Position numbers and translations under genes: made by a program. 64,000 nt of DNA, taken from positions 1 through 64,000 of the IMG/VR virus record IMGVR_UViG_3300031772_000003. One strand, written 5' to 3'. The stretch comes from a virus. The notes beneath the pieces were generated by a model. That model saw only the letters and a list, made by a program, of their open reading frames with translations, had not been told where the DNA came from and made no database searches. The number at the start of each line of letters is the position of its first letter. Position 1 is the stretch's first letter. Below, one piece after another: positions 9,491 through 17,671 of the stretch.

Positions 9491-9943
9491 TCACCGCGCG
9501 TGGGGCTCCTGCGAGCCGTATTTGGCAACGAGACGGGCCAATTCGGCTCTCTCCCCGGCCTCGACAGCCTGAGCGTCCTCATGAACGTAGCGCTCGTAGA
9601 CTCGCTCCGCGCGGAGAGCATCCTGGATCGCCCGCTCCACGTCGCTGTAGGCCCACGAGGGGTCGCCCACGGGCTGGTAGTCAAGGGTCTGGCTCAAGAA
9701 CCGGGCCCGGTCCGCGGGGGTCTCGAAGAACTCGGCGTAGAAGCCGCCCTTGTTGTAGTGGGCAACGTGGCCGAAGCAGACGCTGAGCCTTTGGTAAAAC
9801 CACTCATAGAACAGGCTCTTGGGGCAGCCCTTCCGCACGAAGCGCATGAAGTGCGTGGCGAACTTGGCTTTGCCCGCCGCGGTAATCCACTTCGTCGGTG
9901 TGAGCTGCTCGGGACTAAACAGTTCCTGCTTCTCTGCCATCAC
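9491..9943 (-). CDS. conserved hypothetical phage protein
   Basis: RBS and conserved upstream motif; aromatic-rich FYQRLSVCFGHVAHYN...GDPSWAYSDVERAI. Confidence 0.7.
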   Translation of the reverse strand: MMAEKQELFSPEQLTPTKWITAAGKAKFATHFMRFVRKGCPKSLFYEWFYQRLSVCFGHVAHYNKGGFYAEFFETPADRARFLSQTLDYQPVGDPSWAYSDVERAIQDALRAERVYERYVHEDAQAVEAGERAELARLVAKYGSQEPHAR

Positions 9944-9963
9944 AATCTCCTTCCCGCTATCCT

Positions 9964-9980
9964 CCCACCCCTAGAATCAA
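9964..9980 (-). promoter_or_regulatory. conserved upstream motif YTRATTCTAGGGGTGGG, copy 1
   Basis: One of 7 copies, each 13-31 nt upstream of a start codon. Confidence 0.75.
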
Positions 9981-10048
9981 CCCCGTCACCTCTCTACAAG
10001 CCCCAAGGAGGCCCGTAGCAGCCCCATGGCTGCGTCCGGGCCCACCCA

Positions 10049-10294
10049 CTAGGCTTCCGACACCTCCGGTCCCCCCGGAACCGCCTCAGCGGCCTTCATG
10101 CCTTTGAGGATCTGGCTCAGGGCCTTGGGCTCGGACGCATGCGCGACGAAGTGGCCGTGGAGCGCGGCATCGAGCCGCAGATGGAAATGCTTCTCCATGG
10201 CCGACACCGCCCGCTCCGCCACTGCCTTCGCAACGTCCTCGATCTTCATCCCATTCTCCTCTCTGTGGTAAAATCCCACATGGTGCGGGCCCAC
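10049..10294 (-). CDS. hypothetical protein
   Basis: ORF; likely start at MKIEDV after GAGGAG. Confidence 0.55.
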   Translation of the reverse strand: MGPHHVGFYHREENGMKIEDVAKAVAERAVSAMEKHFHLRLDAALHGHFVAHASEPKALSQILKGMKAAEAVPGGPEVSEA

Positions 10295-10309
10295 GCCTTC
10301 ACCATTCTC

Positions 10310-10452
10310 GTCGCTACTCCAGAGTAGCGTCGCTACTCCAGAGTAGCGTCGCTACGGTCCTCTTGAGGACCGGTCCAGAGTAGCGTCGCTACGGTCCTCT
10401 TGAGGACCGGTCCAGAGTAGCGTCGCTACTCAGGAGTAGCGTCGCTACTCCA
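10310..10452. repeat. array of 19-bp palindromic units GCTACTCCAGAGTAGC-GTC, two carrying an 18-bp palindromic insert
   Basis: Five full units plus a partial one overlapping the stop of 10445..10681. Confidence 0.92.
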
Positions 10453-10681
10453 CCACTGCCCTGAAGTAAGGGTCAAAAACCATCCTCTCCCCTACCTCCC
10501 AGCCGTCGGCCAGTTCGACCACGATCCAGCGCGCGATGTCGGACTGGGACAGCTTCACGTCCGCTGGATCTGGGAAGAACTCCATAGAGGCTCTCCGAGC
10601 CGCCGCCCCCGGAGTGGGAAAGTCCCCCTCCACATCCATTTCCACCCGGACCACGAACTCAGCCTTCACTCTATACCTCAT
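10445..10681 (-). CDS. hypothetical protein
   Basis: GAGG RBS and upstream motif. Confidence 0.65.
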   Translation of the reverse strand: MRYRVKAEFVVRVEMDVEGDFPTPGAAARRASMEFFPDPADVKLSQSDIARWIVVELADGWEVGERMVFDPYFRAVVE

Positions 10682-10701
10682 CTCATTCCTCGCTCTCTCC
10701 T

Positions 10702-10718
10702 CCCACCCCTAGAATCAA
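10702..10718 (-). promoter_or_regulatory. conserved upstream motif, copy 2
   Basis: TTGATTCTAGGGGTGGG 20 nt before the ATG at 10681. Confidence 0.75.
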
Positions 10719-11372
10719 GTCAGGGGGAACCGTATTTAGCACCGTGTACGTACCCACCCCCTTTTCTACCGACAGGAGGGGAGGAGGGTACTTATTGTGT
10801 ACTATGTAAGTGTAGCATGAGAGAGAACTCTCATTGCTTCACTCTTATAGGACCCAGGTTCTGGGTAGTACCACTTCCCGTGGAGGTAGACGGGTTCTGT
10901 TCCAATCCACTCGCGTCCATCTCTTACACCTAATAACAAGGCTGGGAGAGGATAGCCGTAGGTTGGTTCAGACGCGATAGTTGCGTGCAGGCTTGGACCG
11001 CTCTGAACCCAACCGCTTGGGGTACGGTTGCTACCGACGCGACTCCGTGAGGAGCCCTGGCAGTGCGGTCCAATGAGATGAAGGGAGTTGCGGATGTCGG
11101 TTGCCCGGTCCGTCTGGGGTGCGGCGGTAAGCCCCGGGCACGGTTTTGAGTCCCGTCTCGCCGGTGACTCACGCTCCACGGTGTGAGGCTTCGAGCGTAG
11201 GAAGCCTGCCTGCACACTATGTCCATGCGTCATTGTCGGACGCATGGGGTTCAATCCAGCCCAGAGCCTGAAACGAGGGTGGGCCAGAACATGGTGAGGG
11301 AAGTGCCACCCCACCCGGAATGGTGAAGGTTCCTCGATTCCCTGGACGGCCTTGGGTGGGGTGGCAGGAGGA

Positions 11373-11439
11373 CCAAAAAAGAAGCTACCCGCATCGAGAG
11401 TGAGCCCGGAGGTCTTTTCTCTGGGGGCGATGCGGGTAG
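11373..11439 (-). terminator. possible intrinsic terminator/attenuator
   Basis: 12-bp inverted repeat CTACCCGCATCG/CGATGCGGGTAG followed on the minus strand by CTTCTTTTTT; the loop is large (31 nt). Confidence 0.45.
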
Positions 11440-11690
11440 GATTGGTTCCGTTCAACTCTTCACCTCCGGGCCTTACTCTGTACCGATTCTACGCATGAGG
11501 CGCGGGGCTCGTACCTGTAGTCGTTTCAACCCGCCTCCCCGGCCAACTCGGCCCGGAGATCCATGTATCTTCTCTACCTTCCTGATCGTGGTCCTGGCCA
11601 GCTTCACCCTCGCCTCGATTGCCTTCTTTTGTGATAGTAGGGCAGCCAGTTTCTCGTTGTTCCACTTCTCGTCAGCTATCCATGACATGG

Positions 11691-12146
11691 TTAGCCCCTC
11701 AGTTCCGGCATGTCGGGCCCACGCTCTAGGTTGCAGCGGCGGCATGCCAGGGTGAAGTTATTGCCATTATTCAGGCCCCCACGGACCAGGGGTACGATGT
11801 GGTCGAGGGTCGAGGTAGCTAGAGTTAGAGGCGCTCCGCACCAGTGGCACCGGGGGTCGAGGCTCAGCAAGTTCTCCCGGACCCGTCTGTAGCTGGCGCT
11901 CCTGATGTCCTGCCGGCCCCTGCAATGGGGGACCCTGTGGGTCGCCGCGACGGCCTTCTTCACGCTGGCCAGGAAGCCTGCCGTGGTGCCGGCCACATAA
12001 GCTGTGGGCCCCCGCTTCGCATCGGGGTAGTATTTGACCAGCAGAGCCCCGCCCCCGATCTGCCAGTGGCCGCCGCCGCTCCGCTGGGGCAGCAGGCCCG
12101 CGCGGGTCACGGCTCTGACGAACTCGGGCCATGCGGGGCGTCTCAT
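11691..12146 (-). CDS. HNH endonuclease
   Basis: CHWCG...TLDHIVPLVRGGLN...NFTLACRRCN. Confidence 0.9.
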   Translation of the reverse strand: MRRPAWPEFVRAVTRAGLLPQRSGGGHWQIGGGALLVKYYPDAKRGPTAYVAGTTAGFLASVKKAVAATHRVPHCRGRQDIRSASYRRVRENLLSLDPRCHWCGAPLTLATSTLDHIVPLVRGGLNNGNNFTLACRRCNLERGPDMPELRG

Positions 12147-13057
12147 TCGTACCGCTCCTCCGGACCTGCGAGGCATACAACCCATTGGCTTGGCCCGTCC
12201 CCGGACTTGGCCCTCTTGATCCTGTAGGTGCGCCCGCAGTCGCAGGCGAAGCAGAGGCGGGGGTAACAACCACCCGTATCGGGTGGCTCCTGCTTCGCGG
12301 CTTGGGGTCGCGGGTCAGCGAAGCGGCGGCGGAGCCTCATGCGTTCCTCCGCGGCCCCAGTGAGGAAGTAAGTGCGCTTGATGTCGTTGGGGTCCGTGAC
12401 CCGAAAGTTCCGCATCCACTCTGGATAGTCCTTGGCGTCTACGACGCCCCCCAGCAGCCCCTCCAACTCCTTCACGCGCTCTTGCAGTTTCGTTATATCG
12501 GCATATGACAGGTTCAAGGAAATGCGGTAGACCGATTCCAGATTCGCTTGCTGGGTGTGGAATGCGTCGCTTCGCTCGCGGCACATATCGTTGTTCGCTG
12601 CTTGCAGGCTGCTGACCCGTTCCGCCAGCTTCTTGATCTCGTCCCGCGCCTCGTCGCGCTCGCCCTCCGCCTTCTTCGCCGCGGCGAAATTGTGTTCCGC
12701 GACTGACTTGTAGCTGCCCCTTTCCTTCCGCGCCTCGTTGCGTTCGCGCTCTACCTTGTCCGCGCGTTGCTGCCATTCGGTAATGGCCTCCCGCCGCGTC
12801 ATGTTGGCCTTCCGCCATTCGGCGTCGTCGCGCTCGGCATTCTCCGCGCGCCGCAGGGCCTTGTCCAACTCTTCCCGGACGCCAGCAAACCGCAACTCTT
12901 CCGATAGGAGAGTTCCGCTGGCCTTAGCCTCCGCCTCGATGCGGTCGGCGAGTCGGCGCAGATGTTTCCCCGCGCCATGTAAGCCCATGAATTCGGGTGA
13001 ACCATCCCAGTTCCGAGCCATGTGCCTCAACCTCGCCATGATCTCAGTGGATGTCAT
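12143..13057 (-). CDS. coiled-coil phage protein
   Basis: AERERDEAR-type heptad repeats; C-terminal CDCG; coupled to both neighbours. Confidence 0.65.
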   Translation of the reverse strand: MTSTEIMARLRHMARNWDGSPEFMGLHGAGKHLRRLADRIEAEAKASGTLLSEELRFAGVREELDKALRRAENAERDDAEWRKANMTRREAITEWQQRADKVERERNEARKERGSYKSVAEHNFAAAKKAEGERDEARDEIKKLAERVSSLQAANNDMCRERSDAFHTQQANLESVYRISLNLSYADITKLQERVKELEGLLGGVVDAKDYPEWMRNFRVTDPNDIKRTYFLTGAAEERMRLRRRFADPRPQAAKQEPPDTGGCYPRLCFACDCGRTYRIKRAKSGDGPSQWVVCLAGPEERYE

Positions 13058-14336
13058 GCGCCGTCTCCTCTCTCTTATCCAAGTGGGTAGGCCCATGGGA
13101 TGTGATACTGATACGGGTGCCGAGCAGCCTGCCAAGGACTTCCGGCAGGGACCCAAGCTCAATGGGTGTGTAAACGGGCCGGACCCCCTGCAACTTCGCG
13201 CCCAGGGCTGCCTGCTCCCCCCTGGATACAGGCAGCGGGAGAGGCTGGTCGTGGGGGGGCTCGTAGCTCTCGCAGAGCTTGGCGTCACGGCCGGCCAGGC
13301 AGTCGAGGCAGGTGAGGGCGACGGCATCCAGGCCCCCATTTGCCTCAATAGCGTACCGGAGTAGTGGGATGTCGAGCCAGCCAAACCGCATCGGTCCCTG
13401 CCAGCGCCCGGTCGTGTTGTGGGTCTCTTTGGGGTGGAATGCGGGGTCCTCGGTCGGGAAGGGCCCTGGGCCGTGCCGCACCATGTAGCCTCGGATGACG
13501 CCCCACTTCACCATCTCGATGGGGTGGGGGATTTCGGCGAGCAGGGTAAGGGCATTCGCCGCCGTGGTTCTGCTCCAAGTGGTGTGGGGGTGGAACCCGT
13601 AGTCCTGATCGATCAGGATGCCCTGCGAGCCCTCGAAGATCACGCAGGAGCCGTTGGGGATGTCCAGTGCGCCGTTACTACAGCATCGTACAATTTCCCT
13701 GCATGCTCCCAGGAAGCTCTTTGTAATGCTTGGGTCCACTAAGAGGCTCAGTGCGTCCTCAACATCGGGATCGGGGGACATAGGGATGAGTGGCTGCATA
13801 CGAAGCCAAGCCATCTTTTGTTCCCGCACTTCGGTGGCCCTATCCTGGAAGCCCGGCGTAGACATGTCCCCTACCCGCAGGCATTCCGTCGGGCGCTCGA
13901 TGGAGTCCCGGACGGCCTCTCCCGCACCCGTGCCGCAGGAGCCGTGCCTGTTGGGCCCCCTGGCTAACTCCCGCAGCCGGTTCTGAGCTTTATGGTAGGG
14001 TGTGACGAGAGGGGCCTGGGGGTGAATGGCCAAGCGGCTGCAAGGATCGCTCACACCTAACTTAATGAGGTGATCGGCCTCACGAAGGATCGCCGGCGGA
14101 TCGACCTGGCAGAAGCGGGACAGGTAGGTCTCCACACCCTCCACGAATGTCCCGCTCCCGAACTGGGAGAACGTATGCTGCCTGCCGTCTGGCAGCACGA
14201 TGTTATGGCCAGCTTGCCCCCCGCCGTTGTGCCTGATGATAAGGCGGGCCCCATCCCGTCGGGTGAGGTACTCGGACAGAGTACCCTTGCCGGCATCGCC
14301 GTATCCCAAGTCCGCAATGACGTGAGCCCTTACCAT
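13044..14336 (-). CDS. purA: adenylosuccinate synthetase-like protein (PurA family)
   Basis: DLGYGDAGKG P-loop, NGGGQAGH, HGSCGTG, FEGSQGILID, HPHTTWSRTT, LTCLD, SHGP. Confidence 0.85.
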   Translation of the reverse strand: MVRAHVIADLGYGDAGKGTLSEYLTRRDGARLIIRHNGGGQAGHNIVLPDGRQHTFSQFGSGTFVEGVETYLSRFCQVDPPAILREADHLIKLGVSDPCSRLAIHPQAPLVTPYHKAQNRLRELARGPNRHGSCGTGAGEAVRDSIERPTECLRVGDMSTPGFQDRATEVREQKMAWLRMQPLIPMSPDPDVEDALSLLVDPSITKSFLGACREIVRCCSNGALDIPNGSCVIFEGSQGILIDQDYGFHPHTTWSRTTAANALTLLAEIPHPIEMVKWGVIRGYMVRHGPGPFPTEDPAFHPKETHNTTGRWQGPMRFGWLDIPLLRYAIEANGGLDAVALTCLDCLAGRDAKLCESYEPPHDQPLPLPVSRGEQAALGAKLQGVRPVYTPIELGSLPEVLGRLLGTRISITSHGPTHLDKREETAHDIH

Positions 14337-14345
14337 GTGGCCCTC

Positions 14346-15284
14346 TCAGTCAGCTTCCAGGTTCAGAGCCCTGATGACAGCCCTGCTGACCGTCGCTGCT
14401 GAGGCGGCGTTGAGGCCGCTGCCCACGAGATCCAGGGCGCTTGTCCCTGGCTTGGCGGTCCCCTCGGACAGGCCCACGATCAGGGCGATGGCCTCGCAAA
14501 TGAGGTCGGGGTCATCGAGTGGGATGATGTTCTGGCCGACGTACCGCGCCCAGTCCGTCTGGATGCTGAGGTCTCCGCTGTGCTGGGCTCCCGATCTCGG
14601 CATCAGGAAGAACACGTTCCACCGCTCCCGAAGCTGCTCGAACACCTTGGTGGTCGGGATGTCGGCCTGGAGGTCGTCCCCGATGACGGAGCGCACCAGC
14701 CGCGCGTACACCGATTCGTAGGGCCGCTCGTCCCCGATGAAGAAGATGTAGCCCTTCTTCTGCCGCTTCTCCCACGCATCCGTAGCGAACCGGGTCTGGG
14801 CGAAGTAGGCCGCGAGTTCGTAGGATTCCGTGTTCTGCCCTCCCCCCATCCGTTCGATGAAGATGCGGCTGATGTCCTCGTCCATTTCGACGCCGCTCTC
14901 GAACTGCCCGACTTGGAGGGGCACGTAGTCGCACGTCGCGTCCCCCACCGCCCCGAAGAAGACCTGGGGGTGCTCGACGTACTTCGAGCCCAGGATCACC
15001 TTCATCAGCTTGCCGAGCTTCGCTTGGAGCGTGATCGGAATGTCGCCCATGCTCCCCGTCACGTCGAAGAACACGGCAATCGGCAGCGACGTTGGGTGGG
15101 CCGCGCTGTCGCGGCTTTCGCGGATTTTGACGCCCTTCGGGTTCATCTTCTCATGAACTTGGGGGAGCGCCCCGCTCTCCTTCACCCGCTTCGTGTAGTC
15201 CGTGGTGAAGCCTTTGACGCCGCTGACGGCCCTGAAGGCGTCCCTGCCCTTGTAACTGTCGTCGCTCCACATCGAGCTACCCAT
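14346..15284 (-). CDS. vWA-domain protein
   Basis: MIDAS-like DVTGSM, GGGQNTESYELA, FFIGDE. Confidence 0.85.
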   Translation of the reverse strand: MGSSMWSDDSYKGRDAFRAVSGVKGFTTDYTKRVKESGALPQVHEKMNPKGVKIRESRDSAAHPTSLPIAVFFDVTGSMGDIPITLQAKLGKLMKVILGSKYVEHPQVFFGAVGDATCDYVPLQVGQFESGVEMDEDISRIFIERMGGGQNTESYELAAYFAQTRFATDAWEKRQKKGYIFFIGDERPYESVYARLVRSVIGDDLQADIPTTKVFEQLRERWNVFFLMPRSGAQHSGDLSIQTDWARYVGQNIIPLDDPDLICEAIALIVGLSEGTAKPGTSALDLVGSGLNAASAATVSRAVIRALNLEAD

Positions 15285-15441
15285 ACCGATCTCCTTTTGG
15301 CCACTATTGAAGTGGCGGTTCCCAAGATCCCCTATGTTGCAATGCATCCTCTACACCATAGTCGAGCCCCCACCAGTTAGCGGTCCTGGTGGGGGCAGGA
15401 GATCATGCCTTGTTGCCCCCGTTGTCTTCCTCCCTGGGGGC

Positions 15442-16341
15442 TTACTCCTCATCCAGGTTCAGCGACCGCACGGGGGCCGCCACGATCATCGCGTCCAGGG
15501 TTGCCTTGACCTCACCGAGGCCAGACCTCACCTTGGTCCGCACGGAGTCATCGCTCCGCAGGATGCCATTGTCCACCCCTGCGAGCAGCCCGCGCGCCTT
15601 CTCGACCAGGGCCTTGAGCTCGGTGTCGTCGGTGATGTTGCGGGCATCGAAGGTGCCCAGGAACTCTTGCCACTTCGGGATCATCGAGTCCCTGAATACC
15701 TTTTTCTTGCCCGTCTCCGAGGAGCCGAGCTTCTCCACGGCGTGGTCCACGAGTTCTGAGAGGTAGGTGCGGAGGACCTGGCGGGCGACCTCGGTGGCCT
15801 CGTCCCACAGGTTCTTGTGCTTCTGCTGCTCGGCCTCGAAGAGGCCCTTGTCCAGCTTTTCCATCGAGCCCGGCACTCTGAAGTCGAGGTAGTACCACTC
15901 GATGGCGAACTTCGACTTCGCCGCCTCGGGGGTGGGGTAGTTGCCGGCCTCGAAGAGCCCGGAGGGGGCGAGACGGCGTTCCGCCTCCTGGATCAATGAG
16001 GGGTACTCGGCGATGAACGCCTCGACCTTGGTTCCGCGCTCCGCCGCGAGCTCGCAGAGCCTGCCTTCTACTTCGCTCTGGAGCGCGATGGGCAGCATGT
16101 AGACGCCCTTGCGGAGGGGCGAGGGCAGGGTCCGCAGCCGCAGGTAGTTGCCGACCGCGGCGTCGAGCTTCATGATGGCCCCGAAGCTCTCGGCTTCGAG
16201 GATCGACTTGTTGGCGCGAACCATCTCCCTGTCGGCCTCGGGTTTGAGCACTTTGCTGTCGGCCTTGCGGTTGATCCCGAGCCTGTGGATCTCGACGCTG
16301 AGGCAGACAACCTTGTCCCGGATCTGCTGCTCGGTGGACAC
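15442..16341 (-). CDS. DUF3150-like protein
   Basis: Helical protein with F...Y..L...A..RL...F....YP pattern, typical next to Ycf46-like AAA clusters; AAGGAG before GTG. Confidence 0.6.
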   Translation of the reverse strand: MSTEQQIRDKVVCLSVEIHRLGINRKADSKVLKPEADREMVRANKSILEAESFGAIMKLDAAVGNYLRLRTLPSPLRKGVYMLPIALQSEVEGRLCELAAERGTKVEAFIAEYPSLIQEAERRLAPSGLFEAGNYPTPEAAKSKFAIEWYYLDFRVPGSMEKLDKGLFEAEQQKHKNLWDEATEVARQVLRTYLSELVDHAVEKLGSSETGKKKVFRDSMIPKWQEFLGTFDARNITDDTELKALVEKARGLLAGVDNGILRSDDSVRTKVRSGLGEVKATLDAMIVAAPVRSLNLDEE

Positions 16342-16343
16342 GG

Positions 16344-16547
16344 CTAACTCCTTACTTGTTGGCTGTGGCTGTGGCTGTGGGCCGCGCGGCCATGTCGGTG
16401 CTCGATCTTCTCCTCGCCTCCGAGCAGGCGGCCCACTTCGGCCAGCAGGCGGTCGGCGGAGGAGTGGTTGGGCGCGGAGATTTTGGATGTGGTCCACTTC
16501 ACTTGTCCATCCTCCAAAATCTCGACTTCCACCACATCAATCCTCAC
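16344..16547 (-). CDS. small DUF2997-like protein
   Basis: IEILEDG-like beta motif (VEVEILEDGQVKW); lies in the AAA cluster; His-rich tail. Confidence 0.5.
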   Translation of the reverse strand: MRIDVVEVEILEDGQVKWTTSKISAPNHSSADRLLAEVGRLLGGEEKIEHRHGRAAHSHSHSQQVRS

Positions 16548-16575
16548 GTTCTTCTCCTTCCTTGTGTTCTCCCCT

Positions 16576-16592
16576 CCCACCCCTAGAATCAA
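16576..16592 (-). promoter_or_regulatory. conserved upstream motif, copy 3
   Basis: TTGATTCTAGGGGTGGG, embedded in a hairpin with upstream CCACCCCCTAG. Confidence 0.75.
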
Positions 16593-16597
16593 GTGAA

Positions 16598-16897
16598 CTA
16601 GGGGGTGGTTACTACGCTTTCATCCTCGATGATCTTGCACGCTGCCGTGATGAATGATTCGACGTCGATGGCAACGATCTTGCCATCACACTCGGCGAGC
16701 AGGGAGCCAACGGGCTGGCTCACGGCCAGGGACAGCGATACTTTCTTGTCGCCCAGTGTCCCCTCTCCGAGACGTTGTCTGAGGATCAGAGCGTTCCCCA
16801 AGTAGACAACCTTGATGGGCACCTCATGCTCCACGGGCTTAGCCTGCTTGACGTTGCTGCTCAAGCGAACTCCACCCTGTACCTGTACACGCATCAC
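16598..16897 (-). CDS. hypothetical protein
   Basis: ORF in the co-oriented block. Confidence 0.55.
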   Translation of the reverse strand: MMRVQVQGGVRLSSNVKQAKPVEHEVPIKVVYLGNALILRQRLGEGTLGDKKVSLSLAVSQPVGSLLAECDGKIVAIDVESFITAACKIIEDESVVTTP

Positions 16898-16918
16898 ACA
16901 CCATCCCTTCTGCCTCGG

Positions 16919-17239
16919 CTACTTCTTGGCCTTGGCGAGGGCGGCGTGGAGCCGGTCGAAGTCCTCTTCCGGGACGGCGACCCACCGCCCCTTGAAGCCA
17001 CGGTCGTCATCGATGAGTGTGTTCCGCTTGAGCCGCGCGGCCTCCACCAACTCGTCGTGCGCGTTGACGGCGCGGACGGCGAGGGCCGCGTTGTCTCGGA
17101 TTTCTGCGTCCGATCTCTCCGTTGTGGAGAAGTCATCGGGCGCGAAGTTAGCGATGTACTCGTGTACACCGTCAACCATCTTGGCGATAAGCCTGGGATT
17201 TGTCTCGTCTACCGCCCACGGTCTCGGTGTCGCTGCCAT
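16919..17239 (-). CDS. hypothetical phage protein
   Basis: TPRPW...NAALAVRAVNAHDELVEA, a common phage motif. Confidence 0.75.
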   Translation of the reverse strand: MAATPRPWAVDETNPRLIAKMVDGVHEYIANFAPDDFSTTERSDAEIRDNAALAVRAVNAHDELVEAARLKRNTLIDDDRGFKGRWVAVPEEDFDRLHAALAKAKK

Positions 17240-17262
17240 GTTTGTTCCTTCTCACCATCCCT

Positions 17263-17279
17263 CCCACCCCTAGAATTAG
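17263..17279 (-). promoter_or_regulatory. conserved upstream motif, copy 4
   Basis: CTAATTCTAGGGGTGGG. Confidence 0.72.
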
Positions 17280-17286
17280 GCGAAGC

Positions 17287-17583
17287 TCACCACGCTTTTG
17301 TGAGTACTCGCTTGCTCCCCCTCGCTTCCTGACGCCACCCATACCGCTGAGTGACGGTCCGGATCGTCTGCTCCGCATAGAGCCTGCGGACCGCATTGGG
17401 CTCGATGTTCTCGGTTGTGAGCTTACCCGCGCCAAACTCGGCCTTGGCACCGCTTTTTCGGGCCGTCATGACTCCATTGCCGAGGGTGATGGTCCACCCA
17501 TCAGCCCCCAGGGCCGCGACGAGGGTGACCGCGTCTGCCTTCTGCCAGTCAACCTGTTGGGTTCGCACTTGATCACACGGCAT
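17287..17583 (-). CDS. DUF1257/Ycf35-like protein
   Basis: L..AL.ADG...VRRLYA.......RYGW pattern, next to the Ycf46-like ATPase. Confidence 0.55.
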   Translation of the reverse strand: MPCDQVRTQQVDWQKADAVTLVAALGADGWTITLGNGVMTARKSGAKAEFGAGKLTTENIEPNAVRRLYAEQTIRTVTQRYGWRQEARGSKRVLTKAW

Positions 17584-17606
17584 CGTTGGTTCTCCAATCC
17601 CCTTCC

Positions 17607-17623
17607 CCCACCCCTAGAATCAG
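17607..17623 (-). promoter_or_regulatory. conserved upstream motif, copy 5
   Basis: CTGATTCTAGGGGTGGG within hairpin CCCCCACC/GGTGGGGG. Confidence 0.75.
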
Positions 17624-17671
17624 GTGGGGGGTGGAGGGATTTCTACGGCATGCTTGGCCCACCGCAGCGGG

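Noticed and set aside
10310-10452. Mini-CRISPR array
   Set aside because: Units are separated by a constant 3 nt and the two inserts are identical; no cas genes are present.
13044-14336. PurZ / Z-genome pathway
   Set aside because: The P-loop keeps Asp (GDAGKG) rather than the PurZ Ser, and no dATPase or MazZ-like partner was seen.
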